Positions 22,139 through 30,608 of a DNA stretch of 64,000 bases are shown here, piece after piece. The translations under genes and the position numbers were made by a program. Position 1 is the stretch's first letter, and the number at the start of each line of letters is the position of its first letter. This stretch comes from a virus. The stretch lies in IMG/VR virus record IMGVR_UViG_3300045988_107970, positions 1-64,000 of that record; one strand, 5' to 3'. The notes under the pieces are model-generated. The model saw only the letters and a program-made list of their open reading frames with translations. It searched no databases and was not told where the DNA came from.

Positions 22139-22189
22139 CCTGTATCTATTATTACACACAATATAAGTTGTGTATTACCTTAATATAAT

Positions 22190-22271
22190 GTCCGATTGGT
22201 GGAATTGGCAGACACGACAGACTCAAAATCTGTTGCCGAAAGGCGTAACGGTTCGACCCCGTTATCGGACA
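22190..22271 (+). tRNA. tRNA-Leu(CAA)
   Basis: Acceptor GTCCGAT/ATCGGAC; D loop with GG; anticodon arm ACAGA-CTCAAAA-TCTGT; variable arm GCC-GAAA-GGC; T arm AACGG-TTCGACC-CCGTT. Confidence 0.85.
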
Positions 22272-22321
22272 CCCAGATTACTTAGATATAATGTTGTTTA
22301 CATTATATCTGTAATATAAAC

Positions 22322-22396
22322 GGGCGCGTGGACTAATGGATAAGTCAACTGGCCTCTACCCAGTTCATCATGCGGGTTCGACTCCTGCCGCGTCCG
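22322..22396 (+). tRNA. tRNA-Arg(UCU)-like (C at position 33, 7-nt variable region)
   Basis: Acceptor GGGCGCG/CGCGTCC; D arm GACT-AATGGATA-AGTC; anticodon arm ACTGG-CCTCTAC-CCAGT; T arm GCGGG-TTCGACT-CCTGC. Confidence 0.7.
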
Positions 22397-22507
22397 CCTA
22401 GTTGTAAACGCAGAATGGCTAGTCAGAAAGTAGCTAGTCTGATGAAAGGTGAAACCTACACACCAAGCCATTCTGCTTACATATATTGTAGGGGATTGTA
22501 GGTCTGT

Positions 22508-22942
22508 ATGACTGAATCAAAAACAAATAAAGGAATATCAACAGAACTTAAGTTTTTTAGTTATTGCTTGGATAATGATATTGTTGTTTGTCAGCCAGTA
22601 ACTACAGATACACCGTATGATTGTATTTTTGAAGGAAAATCTGGACGCCTTTATAAAGCACAATTAAAAACTGGATATAGACCATCCAAGTTAAAAGACC
22701 AGAATGTTTTTGCGTATAGTACAAGAACAAGTCATTTTTCAAAAGACGGTGTTTCTTCTCATGGATATACAAAAGGACAGATTGATGGTTTTATTACTTA
22801 TTTTAATGAATTGCCAGATATGTTTTTTTATATTCCAATTGAATTAAGTAAAAAAGGTTCAATGAGGATTTACTTTGGAGACAAGCCTACTGCTCAATCA
22901 AATTATTATAAAGATTTTTTATTGGATTTTTCTAAATTATAG
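22508..22942 (+). CDS. PD-(D/E)XK endonuclease, I-Ssp6803I-like (PDDEXK_5-type) putative homing endonuclease
   Basis: 144 aa. GISTELKFFSYCLDNDIVVCQPVTTDTPYDCIF...LYKAQLKT fits the E...PxD...(E/Q)xK layout. AT-rich, embedded between tRNA genes. Confidence 0.55.
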   Translation: MTESKTNKGISTELKFFSYCLDNDIVVCQPVTTDTPYDCIFEGKSGRLYKAQLKTGYRPSKLKDQNVFAYSTRTSHFSKDGVSSHGYTKGQIDGFITYFNELPDMFFYIPIELSKKGSMRIYFGDKPTAQSNYYKDFLLDFSKL

Positions 22943-22955
22943 ATATAATATATAT

Positions 22956-23038
22956 GGAAACATGGCGTAATGGTAGCGCAGCACCCTGCTAAGGTGTCCT
23001 AGCGTAAGCTAGTCTGAGTTCGATTCTCAGTGTTTCCG
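22956..23038 (+). tRNA. tRNA-Ser(GCU)
   Basis: Acceptor GGAAACA/TGTTTCC; anticodon loop CTGCTAA; variable arm CTAGC-GTA-GCTAG; T arm CTGAG-TTCGATT-CTCAG. Confidence 0.85.
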
Positions 23039-23250
23039 CCTTGTATATTTATGCCCCTATTGGCAGTGGCTTTGAAGCTGTGCCGAAAACAGCTTTTGCG
23101 GTAGAATAGGCAACGCCGCATAGCTATTCGGGAGGATAGCGAGCCTTCTTGCTAGGAGATAAGCAAGTGCTTTCACGGAGTAATTGGTGAGCTGAAACAC
23201 CGTAAAAACAGATCCTCTGGATGTGCCGTGAATACGCATCCTGTTTTTTT
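23039..23250 (+). promoter_or_regulatory. structured 5' leader ending in an intrinsic terminator (attenuator or riboswitch candidate, class unassigned)
   Basis: Hairpins at 23075-23095, 23123-23140, 23148-23167 and 23175-23203. Terminator GGATGTG/CGCATCC plus T7 at 23219-23250, 30 nt before the SPFH gene. Confidence 0.45.
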
Positions 23251-23280
23251 GTTTGAATGTTGTACGTAGAAAGGGTTGGT

Positions 23281-24279
23281 ATGATAACGTTTGTTGTCGG
23301 AATTATTGCACTACTTATTGCAATTCCATTCATTGTCTTTGATATTCGCACAAAGATTCCCGAACCTGTCGGGAACACCAATATTCTTGGGAAGTCATAT
23401 ATTAAAAACGAGACGGATATTAAGACTGTAAAGTTTGCGCACACTTGCGCTCGTGGCGTTGCAGTAGTATGTATTGTCTTTGCCTTTGCATTTATCGGTG
23501 GTTCTTGCATCTATACACAGGACACTGGTGAGGTTTGCGTAATTCGTAATCTCGGTGGTTCTCTTGCCGATTCAACTTCTGAAGCTGGTTTCCATATCAA
23601 GGCACCGTGGCAAGATGTTATTACGTATGATGTCCGTAATAATCTTATCAACTTTTATGGCGACACAGATTACAAGGTTGACGGTGGCTCATATGAGGGT
23701 AAGCAGGTATCAATCAATGATAAGTCTGGTGCAAGTGCCAACGTTGATATTCAGGTAAACTATAGCTTGAATCCAGATTCAGCACTTAGCCTTTATTCTG
23801 AGTATGGTACGCAGGAAAGCTTTGTCGAGAAGTATATTTCCAATGATGTTCGCGCCGTTACCCGTGAGGTTTCTGGTAAGTTTGATACCGTTACCATGCT
23901 GACTGATCGCTCGCAGTTCACAAAGGCTATTCAAGATGCGCTGACTAAGAAGTGGAATAAGATTGGCCTTACTGTTGAGCAGGTAAGCGTACAGGATGTG
24001 CGCTATCCTAAGTCTATTACCGATAGCTATTCGCAGGCTCAGGCAGCTGAGGTAGCAAAGCAGAAGGCGCAGAACGAGCAGGAGACTGCAAAGGTTCAGG
24101 CTGAGACTAAGAAGATTGAAGCTCAGGGCGAAGCTGACGCAAATGCAGTTCTCGCACAAAGCCTTAATGACCAAGTGTTGCAGCAGCACTACATTGATGC
24201 TTTGAAGGATGTCGGTAAGGAAGGTAATCTTGTTGTGGTTCCCAATGGATCCACTCCAATGATTAACACTGGTAAATAA
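23281..24279 (+). CDS. SPFH/Band 7 (prohibitin/HflK-like) membrane protein
   Basis: N-terminal TM helix ITFVVGIIALLIAIPFIVF, SPFH-like core, C-terminal coiled AQAAEVAKQKAQNEQETAKVQAETKKIEAQGEADA. Confidence 0.75.
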   Translation: MITFVVGIIALLIAIPFIVFDIRTKIPEPVGNTNILGKSYIKNETDIKTVKFAHTCARGVAVVCIVFAFAFIGGSCIYTQDTGEVCVIRNLGGSLADSTSEAGFHIKAPWQDVITYDVRNNLINFYGDTDYKVDGGSYEGKQVSINDKSGASANVDIQVNYSLNPDSALSLYSEYGTQESFVEKYISNDVRAVTREVSGKFDTVTMLTDRSQFTKAIQDALTKKWNKIGLTVEQVSVQDVRYPKSITDSYSQAQAAEVAKQKAQNEQETAKVQAETKKIEAQGEADANAVLAQSLNDQVLQQHYIDALKDVGKEGNLVVVPNGSTPMINTGK

Positions 24280-24398
24280 TGTACATGCCTTGGAAACTTT
24301 AGGGTTGACCATGAAAGACGGATAGTTTCGGCTATGTGAGAGTAAATGATATATCATTGAAATCTTAACGCGAAAGCAATTGTGTTTAATATATGTAG

Positions 24399-24435
24399 AG
24401 AGGGTATGTCCTTTTGGATGTACCCTCTTTTTTTA
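24399..24435 (+). terminator. intrinsic terminator
   Basis: AGAGGGTA/TACCCTCT stem, T7 run. Confidence 0.8.
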
Positions 24436-24486
24436 TGTGAACATGATATAATATTCATGTAAGTTGACGGAAAATAAGGAGAGCAA

Positions 24487-24861
24487 GTGCCTACTTTCAT
24501 TTGTACTGTGTGTCAAAACAGAATCAAAGAACGCGGCAGTAATGTTGATTGTGGATACTATAATGATACACGCCCAATGATTGAAGACACGACAAAACTA
24601 TATGATAAGAGTTTCCTCTGTCCTCATTTTATTCATGTCAGGTATAAAAATATGAATACATGTAAGTCAAAGAAGAAATATTCATGTAGATATGATGCGC
24701 TGTGTGCAGCCAAGACCCTGTTTATTAATGGCTCAAAGATTCTTCGTCCATACAAATGCAATGTGTGTAAGTCTTGGCACTTAACACACGAATGCTCTGA
24801 TGGTTATAACCCAGCGGAAGAATATAGCAAGGCAAGAAAAGCAAATCGCTTGTATGATTAG
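24487..24861 (+). CDS. Cys-rich zinc-ribbon protein (124 aa)
   Basis: CTVCQN...; RPYKCNVCKSWHLTHEC; AAGGAG RBS, GTG start. Confidence 0.6.
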   Translation: MPTFICTVCQNRIKERGSNVDCGYYNDTRPMIEDTTKLYDKSFLCPHFIHVRYKNMNTCKSKKKYSCRYDALCAAKTLFINGSKILRPYKCNVCKSWHLTHECSDGYNPAEEYSKARKANRLYD

Positions 24862-24882
24862 ATATTTATTGGAAGGTTTATC

Positions 24883-25329
24883 GTGAATTTTTCTAAGTTT
24901 GATATGCGTATGTTCAATGAAGCACGTATGGAAGCTGAATCATCTGAATTTAAAAGGTTTCATACTGGGGCTGTAATTGTCTATAAGAAACATATTATTG
25001 GGCGCGGAAAGAATGATGATAAGTCTCACCCAATGCAAAAGGAATACAACCGTAAATATAGGACGTTTAATAACGTTGGCGGTAATTATATCAATGATAG
25101 TATCCATGCCGAAATTGCAGCTATTTCATCGATACCGTATACTGTTGGAATAGATATTGATTGGTCTAAAGTTAAGGTGTATGTATATAGAATCTCTCGT
25201 GGTACTAAACTTGGATACGGACTTGCAAAGCCCTGCCCTGCTTGTATGAACGCACTAAAAGACCTTGGAATAAAGAATATCTATTATACTGATAGTGATG
25301 GTTATAGCTATCTCCAACTTGATGTGTAA
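24883..25329 (+). CDS. dCMP/cytidine deaminase family protein
   Basis: Zinc motifs HAEIAAI and PCPACMNAL. Confidence 0.85.
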   Translation: MNFSKFDMRMFNEARMEAESSEFKRFHTGAVIVYKKHIIGRGKNDDKSHPMQKEYNRKYRTFNNVGGNYINDSIHAEIAAISSIPYTVGIDIDWSKVKVYVYRISRGTKLGYGLAKPCPACMNALKDLGIKNIYYTDSDGYSYLQLDV

Positions 25330-25455
25330 TTATTTTGTGAAGAGAGTTCCATTTGTGTTACTTTTCTGATATAATATCATAAGAATAAAACAGAATTTTC
25401 TGATGGAAGATTCTTTGTGATGTAAATAGATTGAAAGAAAGTTGGAATATGATAT

Positions 25456-25830
25456 ATGGAAATGCCATTTAAGGAACAGACAGTAGAGAGCGATGATTTC
25501 TACTATAATTTTTATGGTTGTCTTGATATTGAGATATCAGATGCGGATTATGAGTGCGATCATGTTGGTGATTGTTCATTGGAAGATTTCGATGACAATT
25601 TGCCAGACGCTTTAATTGATTATGATTTTGATGAACGAGTTCTCGGTAACATGATGGTGAGTAAGTTTGTCGGAAGTTTAAGCGACAATGAAAAATATAT
25701 CCTATCATGTCTATTAAATGGGATGACACATCAAGAGATTAGTGATACAATGGATTGTACGAGACAGAATGTCACTAGGACTGTGGAAAGACTCGGCACA
25801 AAAGCTATTGATTTTCTGTCTTGCAATTAA
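25456..25830 (+). CDS. sigma-70 region-4-like / HTH transcription regulator
   Basis: LSDNEKYILSCLLNGMTHQEISDTMDCTRQNVTRTVERLGTKAIDFL. Confidence 0.5.
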   Translation: MEMPFKEQTVESDDFYYNFYGCLDIEISDADYECDHVGDCSLEDFDDNLPDALIDYDFDERVLGNMMVSKFVGSLSDNEKYILSCLLNGMTHQEISDTMDCTRQNVTRTVERLGTKAIDFLSCN

Positions 25831-25860
25831 GGTTATATGCCAATAGAAAGGTGATTTATT

Positions 25861-26403
25861 ATGGCGCGTAAAAAGAATACCGTAACTCAGGCTGTTGTAG
25901 ATGAACTTATGGAGAGTTGTGATATCGCTGTCACTACTGCGTTTGACAAGTGTACCATTGTAGCATGTAAGCTACCAAATGGATTTGTAATTGTTGAGTC
26001 CTCTTCTTGCGTTGACCCTGCCAACTATGACGAGGATATGGGTGTCGATATTTGTATGAAGAATATTGAGCGCAAGGTGTGGGAGCTTGAGGGCTATCTC
26101 CTACAGAACAAACTATACCATTATTCAGATGTTTCCGATGGCGATGATGTCGTTGATGAGCAAGATTGCGATGGAGATTGCGAGCATTGCGACCTATATG
26201 ATTCTCAGGACGAGGATGATGTAAAGGATGAGCCGAAGCGCAAGAATCATGATGATGAGGACGATGATTATTGGGATAAGCTCATTCAGACTTACAGTGA
26301 TTATCTAGATTATGTTGATGATTATCTTGATGATTTAGCGCGTCATAGTCATAAGCGCCGCTATCGTGAGTTTAATCCTTATCGTAATAATGTTTGGTGC
26401 TAA
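25861..26403 (+). CDS. Gp49-like (N4 gp49 / Sf6 gp66 family) domain protein with acidic tail
   Basis: KCTIVACKLPNGFVIVESSSCVDPANYDEDMGVDICMKNIERKVWELEGY. Confidence 0.6.
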   Translation: MARKKNTVTQAVVDELMESCDIAVTTAFDKCTIVACKLPNGFVIVESSSCVDPANYDEDMGVDICMKNIERKVWELEGYLLQNKLYHYSDVSDGDDVVDEQDCDGDCEHCDLYDSQDEDDVKDEPKRKNHDDEDDDYWDKLIQTYSDYLDYVDDYLDDLARHSHKRRYREFNPYRNNVWC

Positions 26404-26503
26404 ACAATAGAATACATATAGATTATATGGAGAATGGTTTTGATAATATGTATTCTGATAGAATACTAGTCGGAACTATTCTCCATATTGCTAAGGAGTT
26501 AAT

Positions 26504-27220
26504 GTGAGAGACGAAATAGACCATAGCGGTGAAGCATATGGTAGATTAACATTACTTAGTAAGAATGGAAATAGACAAGAATACTGGTGTTCTTGTAGTT
26601 GTGGAAGATATACAAAAGATAATCCAAAGCTCGTAAGATATCAGCGGATGGTAAATGGAAGTATAAAGTCTTGTGGGTGCTATAATCGAGAACGGTCTAG
26701 CAGGATGATATCTGAATATAATAAATCATTAATACGTGGAAACACGTATGATTTATCTGGTGAATATGGAATTGGATATACGTCTAATGGAGAAGAGTTT
26801 TATTTTGACTTAGAAGATTACGACAAAATTAAAGATTATACGTGGTTTATTAATAGCGGATATGTACGAACAAAGAGAGACGGACGTGTAATAAAATTAC
26901 ATAAATTACTTTGTGAAGGGAAGGAGATAGACCATTTTAATAGAAATAAATTAGACAATAGAAAAAGTAATTTAAGACCCATTACGCATAAGCAAAATAT
27001 GTTAAATAGAAGTATTGCCGTCAATAATACTTCTGGCGTAACTGGTGTGTCGTTTAATAAATCACACAATAAATGGTATGCAGGCATATCAGAGAATGGT
27101 AATCGACACAACCTTGGTTATTTCGATAACTTTGACGATGCCATTGCAGCACGCAAGGCGGCAGAAGAAAAATATTTTGGTGGGTATAATTATAATAACA
27201 ACGTTAAAGGAGTTGCATAG
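26504..27220 (+). CDS. HNH homing endonuclease with C-terminal AP2 DNA-binding domain
   Basis: EIDHFNRNKLDNRKSNLR (HNH); SGVTGVSFNKSHNKWYAGI...LGYFDNFDDAIAARKAAEEKYFG (AP2); AT-rich. Confidence 0.8.
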   Translation: MRDEIDHSGEAYGRLTLLSKNGNRQEYWCSCSCGRYTKDNPKLVRYQRMVNGSIKSCGCYNRERSSRMISEYNKSLIRGNTYDLSGEYGIGYTSNGEEFYFDLEDYDKIKDYTWFINSGYVRTKRDGRVIKLHKLLCEGKEIDHFNRNKLDNRKSNLRPITHKQNMLNRSIAVNNTSGVTGVSFNKSHNKWYAGISENGNRHNLGYFDNFDDAIAARKAAEEKYFGGYNYNNNVKGVA

Positions 27221-28392
27221 TGTATATATATCTTGATACGGCAGCAACAGTAAGACCGTGCAAAGAAGTTGTTGATGCTGCAATGCCATATTTACAGGAT
27301 GAATTCTATAATCCATCTGCTATTTATAGTGGTGGAGTAAGGGTTAAGAGCGCAATTGATAATTCTCGTGAGTCTATTGCTGGTTTTATCAACGCTGACC
27401 CAGATGAAATATTTTTTGACTCTGGTAGTTCGGAATCAAATTGCTGGGCTATTCAGGGCTATGTGTTTGCTGGTATGATGGACTTCGCTAAAACCGAGAT
27501 TGTCACAACGAAGATTGAACATAAATCTATCATGGAATGCGTTGATGCTATGGGGCGTCTTGGTAGCAACACTGGTTATTGCGATGTGGAATATCTTGAT
27601 GTTGACAAAGATGGTTTTGTTAACATGGAGCAACTTGAGTCTGTGTTTAAAGACCGTGAAGAGCCTAATTATTATGACATCTTTGTGTCCATTCAACTTG
27701 CCAACAACGAATGCGGAGTTATCCAAGACATTAAAGCTATTTCTAACATTGTCCATAAATATGGCGGCGTGCTTCATGTAGATGCAACGCAGGCATTTGG
27801 TCATATTCCCATTGATGTTAAGGCTATGGGCATTGATATGTTAAGCGCATCTGCGCATAAGATTGGAGGATTTAAAGGAGTTGGATTATTATACAAGAAA
27901 AAGGATATTGAGCTTCAGCCTATTATCTATGGCAGTCAAAATGCTGGATACAGAGGGAGCACTGAAAACTGCTTTGGTATTGTCGGCTTTGCGAAAGCCG
28001 TTGAACTCGCATCTGAGGAAATGGAAGACAAGCTGGCGCTATCTGTAAAGCGTGATTACTTTATTAACGAGCTTACAAGGAATGGCTGCAAGCTGAATGG
28101 AGCTTCTGTTCATAGACTGCCAAATAATATCAACGTTCAGCTTCCTGAAGGCATTGGCTCGGAAGAACTTCTGTATATGCTTGACCTAGATGATATTCAA
28201 TGCAGTGCTGGTTCTGCCTGCAATAGCCATTCGAAGAAGCCATCGTATGTTCTCAAGGCTCTTGGACTGACAGATGAACAGGCTGCAAGGTCTGTTAGAT
28301 TTACGATTTCTTCTGACATTACATATGAAGCCATTGATTATGTTATTGAAAAAGTAGTAAAGATTATGAAGATTATAAGGAATAGCAACTAA
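27220..28392 (+). CDS. cysteine desulfurase (NifS/IscS-like class V aminotransferase)
   Basis: PLP lysine in SASAHKIGG; catalytic Cys loop SAGSACNS. Confidence 0.85.
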   Translation: MYIYLDTAATVRPCKEVVDAAMPYLQDEFYNPSAIYSGGVRVKSAIDNSRESIAGFINADPDEIFFDSGSSESNCWAIQGYVFAGMMDFAKTEIVTTKIEHKSIMECVDAMGRLGSNTGYCDVEYLDVDKDGFVNMEQLESVFKDREEPNYYDIFVSIQLANNECGVIQDIKAISNIVHKYGGVLHVDATQAFGHIPIDVKAMGIDMLSASAHKIGGFKGVGLLYKKKDIELQPIIYGSQNAGYRGSTENCFGIVGFAKAVELASEEMEDKLALSVKRDYFINELTRNGCKLNGASVHRLPNNINVQLPEGIGSEELLYMLDLDDIQCSAGSACNSHSKKPSYVLKALGLTDEQAARSVRFTISSDITYEAIDYVIEKVVKIMKIIRNSN

Positions 28393-28475
28393 ATCCGTTG
28401 CTTTGACGTGTTTGAAACTAAAACAGTTGCTATAATATGATAACAACAAGTTTACTAGAGTAGAAAGGTTACGAT

Positions 28476-29654
28476 ATGCTAGTAAATGGCGAGCGTGCAT
28501 TGGCTTATCCAGTTATCGTTGAGGAGATTAAGCCTATTCCAAACTATGACCGTGTTGAACATGCACGTGTCGGCGGCTGGTGGATTATCGCCCAGAAGAA
28601 TCAGTTTAAGGTAGGCGATAAGGCTTTGTATATCGAGACTGATTCGCTTGTTCCTAGTAACGATGAGCGCTTTGCATTCCTTGAGAAAAAGCATTATAAG
28701 GTTAAGACCATTAAGATGTGTAAGGTCTATTCGCAGGGACTTCTCATGCCCATTGATGTGTTCCCTGAGATTAAGGATAAGGACGTTCACGAGGACGTGA
28801 CAAATCTGCTTGGTATTAAGTATTATGTAGCCGAGGATAATGCTCGTAAGGCTAAGTCTAATCCCAACGCCAAGTACAATAATATGTGCGCACGCAATTC
28901 TAAGCTTGCCAAGAAGAAGTGGTGGAAGTGGCTTATGAAGCGTGCATGGGGTCGCAAGCTACTGTTTGTTTTCTTTGGTCGTAAGAAAGACAATCCTAAG
29001 AATTGGCCTGTATGGGTAAAGAAAACAGATGAGGATCGCATCGAGAATGTTATGTTCATGCTTGAGGATAAGAATCCTTATGTAGTAACTGAGAAGATTG
29101 ATGGCACTTCTACTACGTTCTTCCTTGATTTAACTGGTCGCAAGCCAGACTTTGGCGTGTGTTCGCGTAATGTTCGCCAGATGGATGCAGACCAGAAGAA
29201 TTTTGTTTCTGATATGTATGGCATCGGGAACGTCTACTGGGAAATGGCTTTCAAGTATAATGTCGAGAACGCTCTTAAGGACATTGCAAAGAAGCACAAC
29301 CATAAGCATATTGTCCTACAGGGCGAGACATATGGAGAGTCTGTACAGGGAAACAAGTACAAGCTTGACGAGCGCCGATTTGCCGCCTTCAATTTAATCT
29401 TTGACGGAGAGCGCCTTGGTTCTGTCGAAGCAAAGAAGATTCTAGCTGAGTACGACATTCCGTTTGTTCCTATTATTGATGACAGCTATATTCTGCCCGA
29501 TGCTGATGACTTTGAGGAGTTCAAGCAGTCTGCCGATGGCAAGAGTGTAATCAATAAGAAGTGTCTGCGTGAGGGTTTTGTGTATCGTAGTCAGGATGGA
29601 CAAAAATCGTTCAAGAACGTTTCCCGCAAATTCTTGCTTAAAGCTGGTGAATAA
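28476..29654 (+). CDS. ATP-dependent RNA ligase (DRB0094-like family)
   Basis: Nucleotidyl-transferase motif I TEKIDGTS; N-terminal domain VIVEEIKPIPNYDRVEHARVGGW typical of this family. Confidence 0.75.
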   Translation: MLVNGERALAYPVIVEEIKPIPNYDRVEHARVGGWWIIAQKNQFKVGDKALYIETDSLVPSNDERFAFLEKKHYKVKTIKMCKVYSQGLLMPIDVFPEIKDKDVHEDVTNLLGIKYYVAEDNARKAKSNPNAKYNNMCARNSKLAKKKWWKWLMKRAWGRKLLFVFFGRKKDNPKNWPVWVKKTDEDRIENVMFMLEDKNPYVVTEKIDGTSTTFFLDLTGRKPDFGVCSRNVRQMDADQKNFVSDMYGIGNVYWEMAFKYNVENALKDIAKKHNHKHIVLQGETYGESVQGNKYKLDERRFAAFNLIFDGERLGSVEAKKILAEYDIPFVPIIDDSYILPDADDFEEFKQSADGKSVINKKCLREGFVYRSQDGQKSFKNVSRKFLLKAGE

Positions 29655-30596
29655 ATGGAGACTAGCACAAAGCCAGTGCTAGTGATGATGGTGGGTTTAC
29701 CCGCAAGTGGTAAATCCACCATCGCTTATAATCTAGCCAAGGAAAATAATTATATTGTATTCAGCTCAGATGCATTAAGAGAAGAGCTTTATCTAGATAT
29801 CAATGACCAGACTCATAACCATGAGCTGTTTGTAGAATTGCATAAGCGTATCAAGACAGCATTAAAAGAAGGTAATAATGTTATCTATGACGCTTGCAAT
29901 CTAAGCTCTAAAAGGCGCGTTGCTTTTCTACAGGAACTAAATCGTATCCCTTGTCGGAAAGAATGTATCATTGCCGCTACCCCATATGAGCAATGCTTGA
30001 GAAATAATGCGAGCAGGGATAGGCATGTGCCAGATTATGTCATTGAGCGTATGTATAAAAGCTTTGACACGCCATATCATTACGAAGGCTTTGACCGTAT
30101 TAGCATTGAGTATTGGAAAGGTAGCTGCAATGGCTCGCTACTTCCACTGTCTTGGGCGCTAGACTATAAGGATTACAATCAGGATAATCCGCACCATGAA
30201 TTAACTCTTGGCGCACATTGCATAAAGGCTATGTTTTGGCTATATAATAACGAGTTGTTCAATTCCGCTTCAATTAATACCATAATGAAGGCGGCTCTAA
30301 TTCACGATTGTGGCAAGCCGTTTTGTAAGACATTTAAAAATGGCAAGGGAGAAATAACAGACATAGCTCACTATTATGGACATGAGCATGTAGGCGCATA
30401 TGATAGCCTGTTCTTTACATATGTTGCTGGCATCAATCCATTATTTGTTTCAGCCCTTATCTCAAACCATATGAAACCTTGGGTATGGGAGAAAGACAAC
30501 AACGAAAAAATGTATAATAAATATCTAAAATTGTGGGGCGATTATTTCATGCAATGTGTTATGATTCTACATGAAGCAGATAAGGCCGCACACTAA
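29655..30596 (+). CDS. polynucleotide kinase (P-loop) fused to HD phosphohydrolase domain
   Basis: Walker A GLPASGKST; HD motifs LIHDCGKP and HYYGHEHVGA. Confidence 0.75.
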   Translation: METSTKPVLVMMVGLPASGKSTIAYNLAKENNYIVFSSDALREELYLDINDQTHNHELFVELHKRIKTALKEGNNVIYDACNLSSKRRVAFLQELNRIPCRKECIIAATPYEQCLRNNASRDRHVPDYVIERMYKSFDTPYHYEGFDRISIEYWKGSCNGSLLPLSWALDYKDYNQDNPHHELTLGAHCIKAMFWLYNNELFNSASINTIMKAALIHDCGKPFCKTFKNGKGEITDIAHYYGHEHVGAYDSLFFTYVAGINPLFVSALISNHMKPWVWEKDNNEKMYNKYLKLWGDYFMQCVMILHEADKAAH

Positions 30597-30608
30597 AGGA
30601 GTTTTTAT

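Noticed and set aside
23039-23250. Assignment of the SPFH leader to a specific riboswitch class (c-di-GMP, T-box, yybP-ykoY, ykkC and others)
   Set aside because: I could not find the diagnostic conserved cores of any class I can recall, so it is left as a generic structured leader or attenuator. It might also be only the terminator of the tRNA operon.
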